Shown piece after piece: positions 7,765-16,971 of a stretch of DNA of 62,412 nucleotides; the stretch's first letter is position 1, and each line of letters opens with the position of its first letter. Under the pieces are notes generated by a model. The model searched no databases. It was given only the letters and a program-made list of their open reading frames with translations, and was not told the DNA's origin. Both the position numbers and the translations under genes were made by a program. Location of the stretch: the IMG/VR virus record IMGVR_UViG_3300042344_000078, positions 1 to 62,412 of that record; one strand, 5' to 3'. Source of the DNA: a virus (lineage: Duplodnaviria > Caudoviricetes).

Positions 7765-8565
7765 ATGCCGATGATTGAATCTTATACCGATGCTGTGCGT
7801 TTGTTTGATAGCGCCAAAGATAAGCAGAAGGGTAAACCCCTTCTGTCATTCGGTCGCTTGCTTAAAGACGGCGATGCGTATGTTATTCACGTTCACGCAC
7901 TGGCAGTTGCGCGGATCACATCCGACAACGTGTTGGAATATCTGCCAACGGTCGAGCAGTATCGGTCTTATCACAACACTATCGCTATGTCGTTCCATCA
8001 GATCGTCCCTGTCCAATCCATGCGAGTTGGCCCGTTAAAGTATCGTATCGGTCATATGAAATGGATTGGAACGAAAGTGCAGAAATGGGGGGTTACTACC
8101 AATAATTGGGAAAGACTACGCAGCGAAGCGCAGGAATATTTCAAGGGCGTCAAGATCGACATGGTAAGTGGCGATTACATTAACTCGCGCCCTGATTTTA
8201 CGCATACCATTGTGCCAGAGAAGCGCAAGACTTGGCTGCGTTGCCTTCGCAATTTCAAGAACGGCTTGAAGGTTCGCCATAAACTTGGTGTGTTCGATGC
8301 GCTTATCAATGAGATGGGCCTGTCGGATGCCAACCGTTGGTCGTATCGGTATGACTTTGATGGCACGTATATCGACTCGCTTGTTGGCAATATGAAGGAA
8401 GGAACCTTCGAAGATAATCTTATGCGTAGCTTTGTGCAGTATGCGAGAGGCCAGACCTATGGTGTGATGTCCGGTAAACAAGTTTTGGATACAGCCATGT
8501 ATCTTCTCAAAGACTTGAGCGTTCCACTGCGCCGTGAGTTCGAGGTATTCGGTGATGCTGAGTGA
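7765..8565 (+). CDS. Hypothetical protein
   Basis: 266-aa ORF with RBS. Confidence 0.7.
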   Translation: MPMIESYTDAVRLFDSAKDKQKGKPLLSFGRLLKDGDAYVIHVHALAVARITSDNVLEYLPTVEQYRSYHNTIAMSFHQIVPVQSMRVGPLKYRIGHMKWIGTKVQKWGVTTNNWERLRSEAQEYFKGVKIDMVSGDYINSRPDFTHTIVPEKRKTWLRCLRNFKNGLKVRHKLGVFDALINEMGLSDANRWSYRYDFDGTYIDSLVGNMKEGTFEDNLMRSFVQYARGQTYGVMSGKQVLDTAMYLLKDLSVPLRREFEVFGDAE

Positions 8566-9400
8566 GATTAACCAGCAGATATTAGCAATGGCGAATGACG
8601 GAGTTAAATACTCCGTCATAGCCGAACGGCTTGGGCTAACCTTCCAAGTTGTTAAGAGTCGCTTACACCACATGCGTATGACGCCAGAGCAGAAGGATAA
8701 GCTGCGCGCCCGTCGCCGTAAGACTAAGCGCGATCCAGTGAAGGCAAGGAAATATATAAAGGATTACATAAAGAACCACCCAGAGAAACCCGCAGAGTGG
8801 AGCAAGGCATACCGTGAAAGAAAGAGAGAAGCCGAATACAAATGGAGACGGGAGAACCCAGACAAGTGGGCAGAGCAGCGCCAACGCGACAACGAAAAGC
8901 GTAAAGCGCGACGAGCAGAAGCGCGCAATACTCCAGAAGCTATTGCAGAGCGCACTAGAAAGACGGCTGAAAAAGCTGAACGAAGCGCAGAGTTAAAGCA
9001 GTTACGGCTGGAACGATGGAATGAGAAGCGTAGGGAGCGCAAGCTAAATAACATCTCTGACTACCAGACTTTGAAAGCTAGACTGGATGCAGACCCTGAG
9101 TTCAAAGCACAATATCTTGAGAAGCGGAGCCTGATAAATGCAGAACGCCGACGTAAGAAAAGGGAGGCTATCCCGCCAGAAGAACGGGAGCGCAATGCCC
9201 AACGGGCTAGAGAGGCTAGGATCAAAGCAGTTAGGGAAGCTAACGCGCGTCGTCGTGCCGAGCGTGAAGCAAACCCGCCGCCCAAGCAGCCTAAAGAGAA
9301 GCCTAATAACACTAGGCATTTGCCCAAGGTGGGGGGTAAAATACTAGATAAGCGCAAGCCCGGACGATTGCTGGCGCTGATGGGATGGAGAGGGTTCTGA
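8555..9400 (+). CDS. HTH protein with a long R/K/E-rich charged tail
   Basis: N-terminal GVKYSVIAERLGLTFQVVKSRL helix-turn-helix; highly charged remainder. Confidence 0.65.
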   Translation: MLSEINQQILAMANDGVKYSVIAERLGLTFQVVKSRLHHMRMTPEQKDKLRARRRKTKRDPVKARKYIKDYIKNHPEKPAEWSKAYRERKREAEYKWRRENPDKWAEQRQRDNEKRKARRAEARNTPEAIAERTRKTAEKAERSAELKQLRLERWNEKRRERKLNNISDYQTLKARLDADPEFKAQYLEKRSLINAERRRKKREAIPPEERERNAQRAREARIKAVREANARRRAEREANPPPKQPKEKPNNTRHLPKVGGKILDKRKPGRLLALMGWRGF

Positions 9401-9663
9401 TGAATATAAAGCTAGAACTTAACGAGTATCTCGATCCCCAACGCTATCGCCTTGGGGCGCGGTTGGTTGATGTTGAACTATTACGGAGGGTTATCAGGCA
9501 TGTAGAGAAACAGGAACAACTTGTATTGCAGTTACGAGAGACTCTCGAACTGGCTGTAACCAAATCATGTAGCCACTGTGCTGGAGAGATGACCATAGCG
9601 CGCAAGCTATGTGAAGATATGGAGAAGTGTGATGCTGAAAGTAATAGCGATGGTGATGATTAA
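9400..9663 (+). CDS. Hypothetical protein (CxxC)
   Basis: Coupled ORF; CSHC. Confidence 0.55.
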   Translation: MNIKLELNEYLDPQRYRLGARLVDVELLRRVIRHVEKQEQLVLQLRETLELAVTKSCSHCAGEMTIARKLCEDMEKCDAESNSDGDD

Positions 9664-9904
9664 CATTGTCATCACATTGGCGTTTGCGTCCGCGCAGACT
9701 GTGTATTATAATAACATGCCAACTAGGTCAGGAGACATCGTTACATACAATGACAGGACTGGAGCCTATGCCGGTAGCAGTTATCGGATTGGTGACACTG
9801 TTACGTTTAACGATAAGAACGGAGCCTATGCTGGCAGTGCAAGTGTACTGTCTAATGGAACAATGTCGTCGCCATTATCGGAGCATTACCTTGATGGAGA
9901 ATAA
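9632..9904 (+). CDS. Secreted small protein with an internal duplication
   Basis: Signal peptide ending AFASA; repeats GDIVTYNDRTGAYAGSS / GDTVTFNDKNGAYAGSA. Confidence 0.65.
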   Translation: MLKVIAMVMINIVITLAFASAQTVYYNNMPTRSGDIVTYNDRTGAYAGSSYRIGDTVTFNDKNGAYAGSASVLSNGTMSSPLSEHYLDGE

Positions 9905-10064
9905 ATACGGGCTGCTAATACTTGCCATGCTTCTGCTGGCAGGATGCTCGTATAACCTAGACACTAACGGTGTGTATTACAAATCGAAGAACCGATACAA
10001 CACCGAGTGTAAGCAAGTAAGTGAATATAAAATAGACTGTAGAAGCAATGGAGTAGAGCAATGA
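9894..10064 (+). CDS. Small lipoprotein (56 aa)
   Basis: MENKYGLLILAMLLLAGC lipobox. Confidence 0.65.
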   Translation: MENKYGLLILAMLLLAGCSYNLDTNGVYYKSKNRYNTECKQVSEYKIDCRSNGVEQ

Positions 10065-10477
10065 CTGATAATCCTCTGAGTGAAATCCTTAATCGTGTCG
10101 ATGACCAACTGTCTATGGAACTTGCACAGCTAAAGACAAAGACTAAGCATCCGACCGCAGCCGCGCCGGTCTATGTGGAAGCCGTAAAGAATGATGAGGG
10201 TAAACTCCCTTGGCATTTGCTCCCGTCGGATGCCATCGACGATGTGCTTGAGGTGCTACAGTATGGCGCTGCTAAGTATGGAGAGCGCAACTGGGAGCGC
10301 GGTATGGAATGGAGTCGTCCGTTCTCTGCATTGATGCGCCATATGTGGGCGTGGTGGCGTGGAGAAACGTATGATCCTGAGAGTGGCAAGCCTCATCTTG
10401 CCCACGCAGCGTGTTGTGTTTTGTTCCTAGTAGCATACGAACGTAGAGGCGTAGGCGTAGATAACCGCGTTAAGTAA
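10061..10477 (+). CDS. DUF5664 / dATP-dGTP diphosphohydrolase-domain protein
   Basis: KNDEGKLPWHLLP, GAAKYGERNW, MRH, DPESGKPHLAHAACC. Confidence 0.85.
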   Translation: MTDNPLSEILNRVDDQLSMELAQLKTKTKHPTAAAPVYVEAVKNDEGKLPWHLLPSDAIDDVLEVLQYGAAKYGERNWERGMEWSRPFSALMRHMWAWWRGETYDPESGKPHLAHAACCVLFLVAYERRGVGVDNRVK

Positions 10478-10484
10478 TAATAAC

Positions 10485-10510
10485 GCCGGGGCTACGGCCC
10501 CGGCTACCTT
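10485..10510 (+). terminator. Hairpin / terminator
   Basis: GCCGGGGC-TACG-GCCCCGGC. Confidence 0.55.
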
Positions 10511-10520
10511 TGGTGCGGCT

Positions 10521-10811
10521 ATGAGCAAAAGGTATATGGATGTGAGTAGCTTATCACGCAGCGTAACAACGGGTGCCATAAGTAGCAGCCCTTCATGGAC
10601 TACTGCAACGGTATCAAACACTGTCGCTTCTGCGCCACACAACCACTTAGATATACAGGGAACCTTAAAGATACGCGGTCAAGAGCTTACAGGTGATGAC
10701 GTTAAAGAACTGAAGATGATGCTTGACTTTCTTCGCCATGTCATTGCCACCGATACGCATATGAGTGAGTTGTGGGTAGCATACAAAGCAAAAGAAAAGA
10801 TACTGAGGTGA
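10521..10811 (+). CDS. Hypothetical protein
   Basis: ORF in operon orientation; start uncertain. Confidence 0.6.
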   Translation: MSKRYMDVSSLSRSVTTGAISSSPSWTTATVSNTVASAPHNHLDIQGTLKIRGQELTGDDVKELKMMLDFLRHVIATDTHMSELWVAYKAKEKILR

Positions 10812-10815
10812 TGAA

Positions 10816-11052
10816 ATGTATATGGTTGTCCATCCAGTTAGGCAATACACAGATAGTAGAGGCATAAGCAACAGCATTGTGGACACGCACTTGCTGGAGC
10901 AAGTTGTGAACCAAGTGCAGTATAATTTTACAGAAACAGATGAAAGACTGAAGAAGCTGGAGTCGTTTCTGGAATTTACGCAGACACAATACCCTGATGT
11001 GATCGAAGCATACAGGGTAGCTGCCGAGGCAAAGAAAAGAATGGGTGTGTAA
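10816..11052 (+). CDS. Hypothetical protein
   Basis: RBS GAGGTG; coupled to the polymerase. Confidence 0.65.
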   Translation: MYMVVHPVRQYTDSRGISNSIVDTHLLEQVVNQVQYNFTETDERLKKLESFLEFTQTQYPDVIEAYRVAAEAKKRMGV

Positions 11053-12938
11053 TGGACATCGTGACCATCGACTTTGAAACTTACTATGACAAAGAGTTCT
11101 CGTTGTCCAAGATGACAACGGAAGCATACGTACGTGACCCACGCTTTGAAGTCATCGGAGTCGGCATAAAGGTTAACGATCACCAGACTGACTTTTATTC
11201 TGGCGAGAACCCCGGTCGCTTTCTCCGGTCGCTGGATTACAAAGACAAGGCTATCCTCTGCCACAACACACCGTTCGACGGTCTAATCTTATCGCATCAC
11301 TTTAATATCAGGCCACGGTTCTGGCTTGATACTCTTTCAATGGCGCGTCCAAGACATGCCATCACTGTGGGTGGATCACTCAAAGCATTGGTGGAATACT
11401 ATCGCCTTGGCGCTAAGGGTGACGAGGTTCTCAATGCGCTTGGCAAACGCCGCGCAGACTTCGACGCTTATGAGATGGCGCGCTACGGTGACTACTGCCG
11501 CAACGACGTTGATCTAACCTACAAGTTGTTTCTGGAACTGCGTAAAGGTTTCCCCGCATCTGAACTAAGACTGATAGACCAGACGCTTCGCCTCTACACA
11601 GAGCCGACGCTGGTTATCAATAGGCTTTTGCTTGAGCGCCACCTTGAGAACGTGCTGCAAAAGAAATCCAATCTGGTTGAGGCGCTTGGCTTAGACTGCA
11701 CTGAGGAAGAAGCCAAAAAAATACTCATGTCGAATGAAAAGTTCGCTGAGTATCTCGCTATACGTGGCGTCCAGCCGCCGACAAAGATCAGCCAACGCAC
11801 TGGCAAACAGACCTACGCTTTCAGCAAGACTGACCGTGGGTTCACAGACTTGCTTGAACATCCAGACGAGAGCGTTCAGAACGCTGCGGCTGCTAGGCTT
11901 GGCATTAAATCGACGCTTGAAGAAACACGCACACGTTCATTGATAGGTGTCGCAGAGCGCGGCCCTCTCCCCATCTTGCTTAACTATTACGGCGCACACA
12001 CTGGTCGCTTCAGTGGTGGCGATAAGATGAACCTACAGAACTTGCCTCGTGGTGGTGCGCTACGCAAATCATTGTGTGCGCCAGAAGGTAAGATGCTTGT
12101 CGCTTGTGATTCGGCGCAGATCGAAGCCCGCGTGGTTGCGTGGGTGGCAGAGCAGAATGATTTGCTAGATGCTTTCCGTGAAGGTCGTGACGTTTACTCC
12201 GAGTTCGCCAGTGAGGTCTATGGCAAGAAGGTAACGAAGGCTGACAAGATCGAACGCTTCGTCGGTAAGACTTGTATCCTTGGCCTTGGCTACGGCATGG
12301 GCGCTGAGAAATTCAAGGCGACGTTGGCTATCGGCGCTGGTGGTATGCGCGTCAATCTAGATACACACGAAGCTAAACGTATTGTCCAACTCTATCGCAC
12401 GAAGAACCACAAGATCGCGTCGTTCTGGAACCGCTGCAACGTGGCGCTTGATAGAATCTATGGCAAGCAAGACTTCAATCTCGTCCCGCACTCCCCTCAC
12501 ATTCAGTTAACGGACGATGGTATCCAAATGCCAAATGGTTTGTCTATTAAATATCCGATGCTGACCATGATGGATAACGCTCAAGGCTTTGCTTATGCAG
12601 CAGACGGGCGTGTGTATCGTGAAGCATTGAAAGATAGAGTTCTAGGCAAACCGATAAACACAGAGAAATTTATTCGTGTTTATGGTGGTAAGGTTACAGA
12701 AAACCTAGTCCAAGGGTTAGCCAGAATCGTTGTGGCCGAGCAGATGGTTAAGATTGGCGAACGATATAAGGTCGTTCTTCAAGTACACGACGAAGTAGTT
12801 ATCCTCTGCGATGCCGACGAAGTGGAAGAAGCCAAAGCATATATGCTTGAGGTCATGTCAACGCCACCCAAGTGGGCAGAAGATTTACCTGTCGCATGTG
12901 AAGCAGACTACGGGCTGAATTATGGAGAGTGCAAATGA
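11052..12938 (+). CDS. polA: Family A DNA polymerase with 3'-5' exonuclease
   Basis: ExoI IDFET, ExoII HNTPFD, ExoIII YCRND; motif A CDSAQIEAR, motif B RFVGKTCILGLGYG, motif C VHDE. Confidence 0.95.
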   Translation: MDIVTIDFETYYDKEFSLSKMTTEAYVRDPRFEVIGVGIKVNDHQTDFYSGENPGRFLRSLDYKDKAILCHNTPFDGLILSHHFNIRPRFWLDTLSMARPRHAITVGGSLKALVEYYRLGAKGDEVLNALGKRRADFDAYEMARYGDYCRNDVDLTYKLFLELRKGFPASELRLIDQTLRLYTEPTLVINRLLLERHLENVLQKKSNLVEALGLDCTEEEAKKILMSNEKFAEYLAIRGVQPPTKISQRTGKQTYAFSKTDRGFTDLLEHPDESVQNAAAARLGIKSTLEETRTRSLIGVAERGPLPILLNYYGAHTGRFSGGDKMNLQNLPRGGALRKSLCAPEGKMLVACDSAQIEARVVAWVAEQNDLLDAFREGRDVYSEFASEVYGKKVTKADKIERFVGKTCILGLGYGMGAEKFKATLAIGAGGMRVNLDTHEAKRIVQLYRTKNHKIASFWNRCNVALDRIYGKQDFNLVPHSPHIQLTDDGIQMPNGLSIKYPMLTMMDNAQGFAYAADGRVYREALKDRVLGKPINTEKFIRVYGGKVTENLVQGLARIVVAEQMVKIGERYKVVLQVHDEVVILCDADEVEEAKAYMLEVMSTPPKWAEDLPVACEADYGLNYGECK

Positions 12939-13051
12939 CGTACATGGAAATGCTTACTGACGCTGGCCTACACCTATTTTTCTTTGGCTTTGGTTTACTC
13001 GCTGGCATGTTTATCTTTTGGATTGAAACACGGACAGGAAAGAACCAATGA
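12935..13051 (+). CDS. 38-aa single-TM peptide, not in the ORF track
   Basis: ATGA overlaps on both sides; LFFFGFGLLAGMFIFW. Confidence 0.55.
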   Translation: MTYMEMLTDAGLHLFFFGFGLLAGMFIFWIETRTGKNQ

Positions 13052-13485
13052 CCATGAGTTGGGAAGATTACTTTATGGACTTGGCTTGCAAGATAGCCGA
13101 GCGGTCTAAAGACCCGAGCACCAAGGTCGGCTGCGTTGTGGTGACTGAGGATAAGGTCATCGCTGCCACTGGCTATAACGGTATCCCTCGCGGTGTCGAA
13201 GATAAGCATGAACGTATGGAGAGGCCAGCTAAATATCTATGGACAGCCCATGCAGAGGAAAATGCTGTGGCTCACGCAGCGCGTGTGGGCGCACGATTAA
13301 AAGGTGGGTCGGCGTTCGTGACCCATGAGCCATGCAGTCGGTGTGCGAGGTCACTTATTCAAGCTGGCATTATCCAAGTTCATGTCGGCCCCGGCACTAC
13401 CAAGATGCCAGAAGAAGAATTTGAAGTGTCTCGCATTATGTTCGAGGAAGCTGGAGTAAAGGTGTACCGCGATGGTCTTATATAA
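13048..13485 (+). CDS. dCMP deaminase
   Basis: SKDPSTKVG, GYNG, HAEENA and PCSRC zinc motifs. Confidence 0.92.
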   Translation: MTMSWEDYFMDLACKIAERSKDPSTKVGCVVVTEDKVIAATGYNGIPRGVEDKHERMERPAKYLWTAHAEENAVAHAARVGARLKGGSAFVTHEPCSRCARSLIQAGIIQVHVGPGTTKMPEEEFEVSRIMFEEAGVKVYRDGLI

Positions 13486-13744
13486 ACTAGATAAACAAAT
13501 CGTAAGTGATCTCCGTAAAGAAGCAGAGGAATGTATCGACCCGATCTTGCTTAAATATAATCTGCGTTGGGAGCATGTGTTCGCACACGACCGAGCAGCC
13601 TTATACGTTTTGGCAAGGCAGGAAATATATACCTCCATCCGTACGCGGTTGCGTTGGTCATACCCGAAGATAGGTCGGCTGTTTAACAGGGATCATGCGT
13701 CGATCCTAAATGCAGTGCGGCGATATAAAAATATAAAGAGATAA
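13472..13744 (+). CDS. DnaA C-terminal (domain IV)-like HTH protein
   Basis: ARQEIY...SYPKIGRLFNRDHASILNAVRR. Confidence 0.75.
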   Translation: MVLYKLDKQIVSDLRKEAEECIDPILLKYNLRWEHVFAHDRAALYVLARQEIYTSIRTRLRWSYPKIGRLFNRDHASILNAVRRYKNIKR

Positions 13745-13748
13745 TACA

Positions 13749-14414
13749 ATGAACCTTAGTCATTCCTACTCATCAATGAAGCTATACGAGAACTGTCCAT
13801 ATCGGTACTACCATCAGCGTATAGCTAAGACGGTGGTGGATCAGGGTGGCGAAGCAAGTCAGCATGGAGAACGCGTACATAAATATCTTGAAGATAGAGT
13901 GAACGACAAGGTTGAATTACCCGAAGAACTTAGCCATGTCGAACCAATCGTAGAGTCACTAGAGAATCTATCTAAGGATGGAATCCTACGGGCCGAAGCA
14001 GAGATGACTCTGACGGTTGACTTTACGCCAACAACTTGGTGGGCGAAGGACGCATGGATGCGTTCGAAGCTGGACATCCTCATATCCAAAGACACAACGG
14101 CTGTTGTCGCAGACTGGAAAACAGGGAAGCGTAGACCAGACTTCGCACAGTTGGAGTTATTTGCGTTGCAAGTGTTCGCGCACTACCCGCACATCAACAA
14201 GGTCACATCCAGTTTCATCTGGATCAAAGACATCGCTATGGATCGCAGGACATACACACGTAAAGACCAGCATGAACTGTGGAACAAAGTGCTGACCAAA
14301 ACGCAGCGCATTGAACACTCACTTGAGTGTGAGAACTGGCCCGCTAAACCGAGCGGGCTGTGTGGATACTGCCCATGTAAAAATTTTTGTGAGTTCGCTT
14401 ACGTTAGAACTTGA
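13749..14414 (+). CDS. PD-(D/E)XK (Cas4/RecB-like) nuclease
   Basis: SYSS...CP, KLD...DWKTGK, C-terminal CGYCPC...C. Confidence 0.85.
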   Translation: MNLSHSYSSMKLYENCPYRYYHQRIAKTVVDQGGEASQHGERVHKYLEDRVNDKVELPEELSHVEPIVESLENLSKDGILRAEAEMTLTVDFTPTTWWAKDAWMRSKLDILISKDTTAVVADWKTGKRRPDFAQLELFALQVFAHYPHINKVTSSFIWIKDIAMDRRTYTRKDQHELWNKVLTKTQRIEHSLECENWPAKPSGLCGYCPCKNFCEFAYVRT

Positions 14415-14442
14415 CACCTGTGTAAAGTAGGAACAATATAAT
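14411..14442 (+). promoter_or_regulatory. Putative promoter
   Basis: TTGACA at 14411; AT-rich -10-like region; contains a TGTAAAGT box. Confidence 0.45.
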
Positions 14443-14746
14443 GGCTACACCCGAAGCGAAAATAAAGCTGAAGGTCGATAGGGCTTTGCAACAACTGAAG
14501 ATTTGGTTCTTCAGTCCGCAAGCCGGTCCGTTTGGTAGAGCAGGTATCCCAGATAGGATACTCTGCGTGAACGGGCATTTTGTTGGGATAGAATGTAAAG
14601 CGGATAGGTCGAAGAAACCTACCCGCTTGCAGGTAGATTGTATGCGTAAGATAGAACAAGCCGGGGGAAAGTGTTTCGTTGTCTACGATGATGAGGCACT
14701 GGTTGAAGCAATAGAATATATTAAAGAGGCGATGAAATGCTTGTAG
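14441..14746 (+). CDS. VRR-NUC domain nuclease
   Basis: TPEAKIK, GIPDR, GIECKA, PTRLQ. Confidence 0.88.
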   Translation: MATPEAKIKLKVDRALQQLKIWFFSPQAGPFGRAGIPDRILCVNGHFVGIECKADRSKKPTRLQVDCMRKIEQAGGKCFVVYDDEALVEAIEYIKEAMKCL

Positions 14747-16281
14747 TCGAAAGAGCCAAAGCGCTTGCGCTAAAGCTAGACTACCCAGCGCGTGTGCTGG
14801 AGACAATACCTACTGCCAAGATGCTGCGCCCTAATATCATTGTGGCTCCGCATCGGCTGGATGAAGTGCGCGTGTTACGCAACATGGGCATCGACGCTCC
14901 GTCGCCTATACTGCACTACTATGATTGGCCCGGTAGGTTCCAGCCGTTCGAACACCAGAAAGAGACGGCTGCGTTTCTTACGGTTAACCAACGTGCGTTG
15001 GTGCTTAATGAGATTGGTACTGGCAAAACCCAGAGTTCACTGTGGGCTGCTGACTATCTGATTAAAACCAAACAGGTTAAGAAGGTTCTAATTATCTCTC
15101 CGCTCTCTACACTAGAGCGCGTGTGGGGTGACGCTATCTTCTTTGGCTTTCCGAACCGTAAAGCTGTCGTCTTGCATGGCACAGCCGAACGTAGACGCAA
15201 GCTGCTCAAGAGTGACGCTGACTTCTACATCATTAACCATGACGGCTTTCCGATTATATCAGAGATTACGAATGGCATGTTCGACCTAATCATCGTGGAC
15301 GAGGCCGCAGTGTTACGCAACCACAGCACAATGCGTTACCGCGTAATGCGTAAGTACATGGAACGCAATCCAGATACACGTTTGTGGTTGATGACCGGTA
15401 CGCCTACGCCTAATGATCCGACCGACGCATGGACGCTATCCAGACTGGTCAATAGCCCGTTCATACCATCTAGCTTCACTGCCTTTAGAGATCAGGTGAT
15501 GATGAAGGTTGGTATGTATAAGTGGACGCCGCGTCCGAACAGTATGGAGCTTGTCAAGAACGTACTGCAACCGGCTGTGCGCTATACCAGAGATGAATGT
15601 TTCGATCTGCCTGACACCATAACGCAGACACGTAAGGTTGAACTGACACCCGACCAGAGAAAGCATTATCAGGCGATGATTCGCCATCTGGTTACTGAGT
15701 CTGGCACTGAGGCTGGCACCATCACGGCTGTCAACGAAGCAGTCAAGATGCAGAAACTTGTGCAGATAGCTTGTGGCGTAGCGTACGATGATGATGGCAC
15801 CAACGTCGAACTTGAATGTGCGCCGCGAGTTAATCTGGTTAAGGAACTTATAGAGGAGGCTGGAGAAAAGGTTATCGTGTTCGTCCCACTGACCGGGACA
15901 TTGGAGATGTTAGAGCGTGAGTTGTCTAAGCATTGGACTGTCGGCGTCGTCAACGGCTCTGTCAGTTCGTCGAAGCGCAATGCTATCTTCCATAACTTTC
16001 AGAACGAAAGTGATCCCCATGTGTTGATCGCGCATCCTGCCACGATGGCGCATGGGTTAACGCTGACATCTGCGAGTACTGTGATCTGGTATGGGCCAGT
16101 GACTAGCAACGAACAGTATGTTCAGGCAAACGGTCGCATCGAACGTATTGGCAAGCGGCATGTATCGAATGTCATCCACATAGAGGCGACTGAACTAGAG
16201 CATAAGATGTACAGCAGACTTATGAATAAGCAAAAGCTACAAGGTCTGTTGTTGGATTTGATACAACAAGAAACACGTTAA
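14737..16281 (+). CDS. SNF2-family helicase
   Basis: GTGKT, DEAA, MTGTP, GLTLT, QANGRIERIG. Confidence 0.9.
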   Translation: MLVVERAKALALKLDYPARVLETIPTAKMLRPNIIVAPHRLDEVRVLRNMGIDAPSPILHYYDWPGRFQPFEHQKETAAFLTVNQRALVLNEIGTGKTQSSLWAADYLIKTKQVKKVLIISPLSTLERVWGDAIFFGFPNRKAVVLHGTAERRRKLLKSDADFYIINHDGFPIISEITNGMFDLIIVDEAAVLRNHSTMRYRVMRKYMERNPDTRLWLMTGTPTPNDPTDAWTLSRLVNSPFIPSSFTAFRDQVMMKVGMYKWTPRPNSMELVKNVLQPAVRYTRDECFDLPDTITQTRKVELTPDQRKHYQAMIRHLVTESGTEAGTITAVNEAVKMQKLVQIACGVAYDDDGTNVELECAPRVNLVKELIEEAGEKVIVFVPLTGTLEMLERELSKHWTVGVVNGSVSSSKRNAIFHNFQNESDPHVLIAHPATMAHGLTLTSASTVIWYGPVTSNEQYVQANGRIERIGKRHVSNVIHIEATELEHKMYSRLMNKQKLQGLLLDLIQQETR

Positions 16282-16292
16282 GAGGTAAGGCA

Positions 16293-16694
16293 ATGGATGT
16301 AACAGTGGAACAGGTCGTCGCGGCCTATATGAAACTGCGCGATAAGAAGAAAGCTATCGAAGCCGAGGCTGATAGCAAAGTGCAAGAAATTGTGCAGAAG
16401 ATGGAGAAGTTCGAGACTTGGATAAGGGAGAAAGCCACCGAGCAGGGGGTTACATCCTTCAAGACCAACGCTGGTACTGCGTTCTTAACCACGGTTGACT
16501 TTGCCAACGTCGCTGATTGGGATGCAGTCCTGTCATTCATCAAAACAAATGAAGCGTACGATATGCTTGAGCGCCGCATCAGCAAGACCGCAGTGCGTAG
16601 CTATATCGAAGCGCATAAGGAAGTACCCACTGGCGTTAACTATGGCACCAAGTTGAGTGTCAATGTCCGCAAGCCAGCGGCGAAAGGAGAGTGA
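16293..16694 (+). CDS. Conserved phage replication-region protein
   Basis: Coiled coil followed by DWDAVLSFI...VPTGV. Confidence 0.7.
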   Translation: MDVTVEQVVAAYMKLRDKKKAIEAEADSKVQEIVQKMEKFETWIREKATEQGVTSFKTNAGTAFLTTVDFANVADWDAVLSFIKTNEAYDMLERRISKTAVRSYIEAHKEVPTGVNYGTKLSVNVRKPAAKGE

Positions 16695-16698
16695 GGCA

Positions 16699-16962
16699 AT
16701 GGGAAAGAAACAAAAGTGGGCGTCATCGCAAGTAACCCAAGCGTATCCCGGTGGCATATATCCAGCGGATGTGATCGACAAGTTCAATCCGAATCACTGC
16801 GCTAGGGCAGCGTTCATAGTCTACGAAATCCAGAATGGATACTTGCTTAGAACAGAAGTCTTAGATGAGTCACCATCTAAGATGATCTACTGCAAGAGCA
16901 TACAGGAATTGTCAGAACAAATCCTGACATCACAGGCGCAAATGCGTCTTAACCTTAAGTAA
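16699..16962 (+). CDS. Hypothetical protein
   Basis: RBS GAGG then ATG at 16699. Confidence 0.6.
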   Translation: MGKKQKWASSQVTQAYPGGIYPADVIDKFNPNHCARAAFIVYEIQNGYLLRTEVLDESPSKMIYCKSIQELSEQILTSQAQMRLNLK

Positions 16963-16971
16963 GAGGACAAC

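Noticed and set aside
10061-12938. Z-base (2-aminoadenine) genome system
   Set aside because: A DUF5664-like gene and PolA are present, but no PurZ-like gene was recognised.
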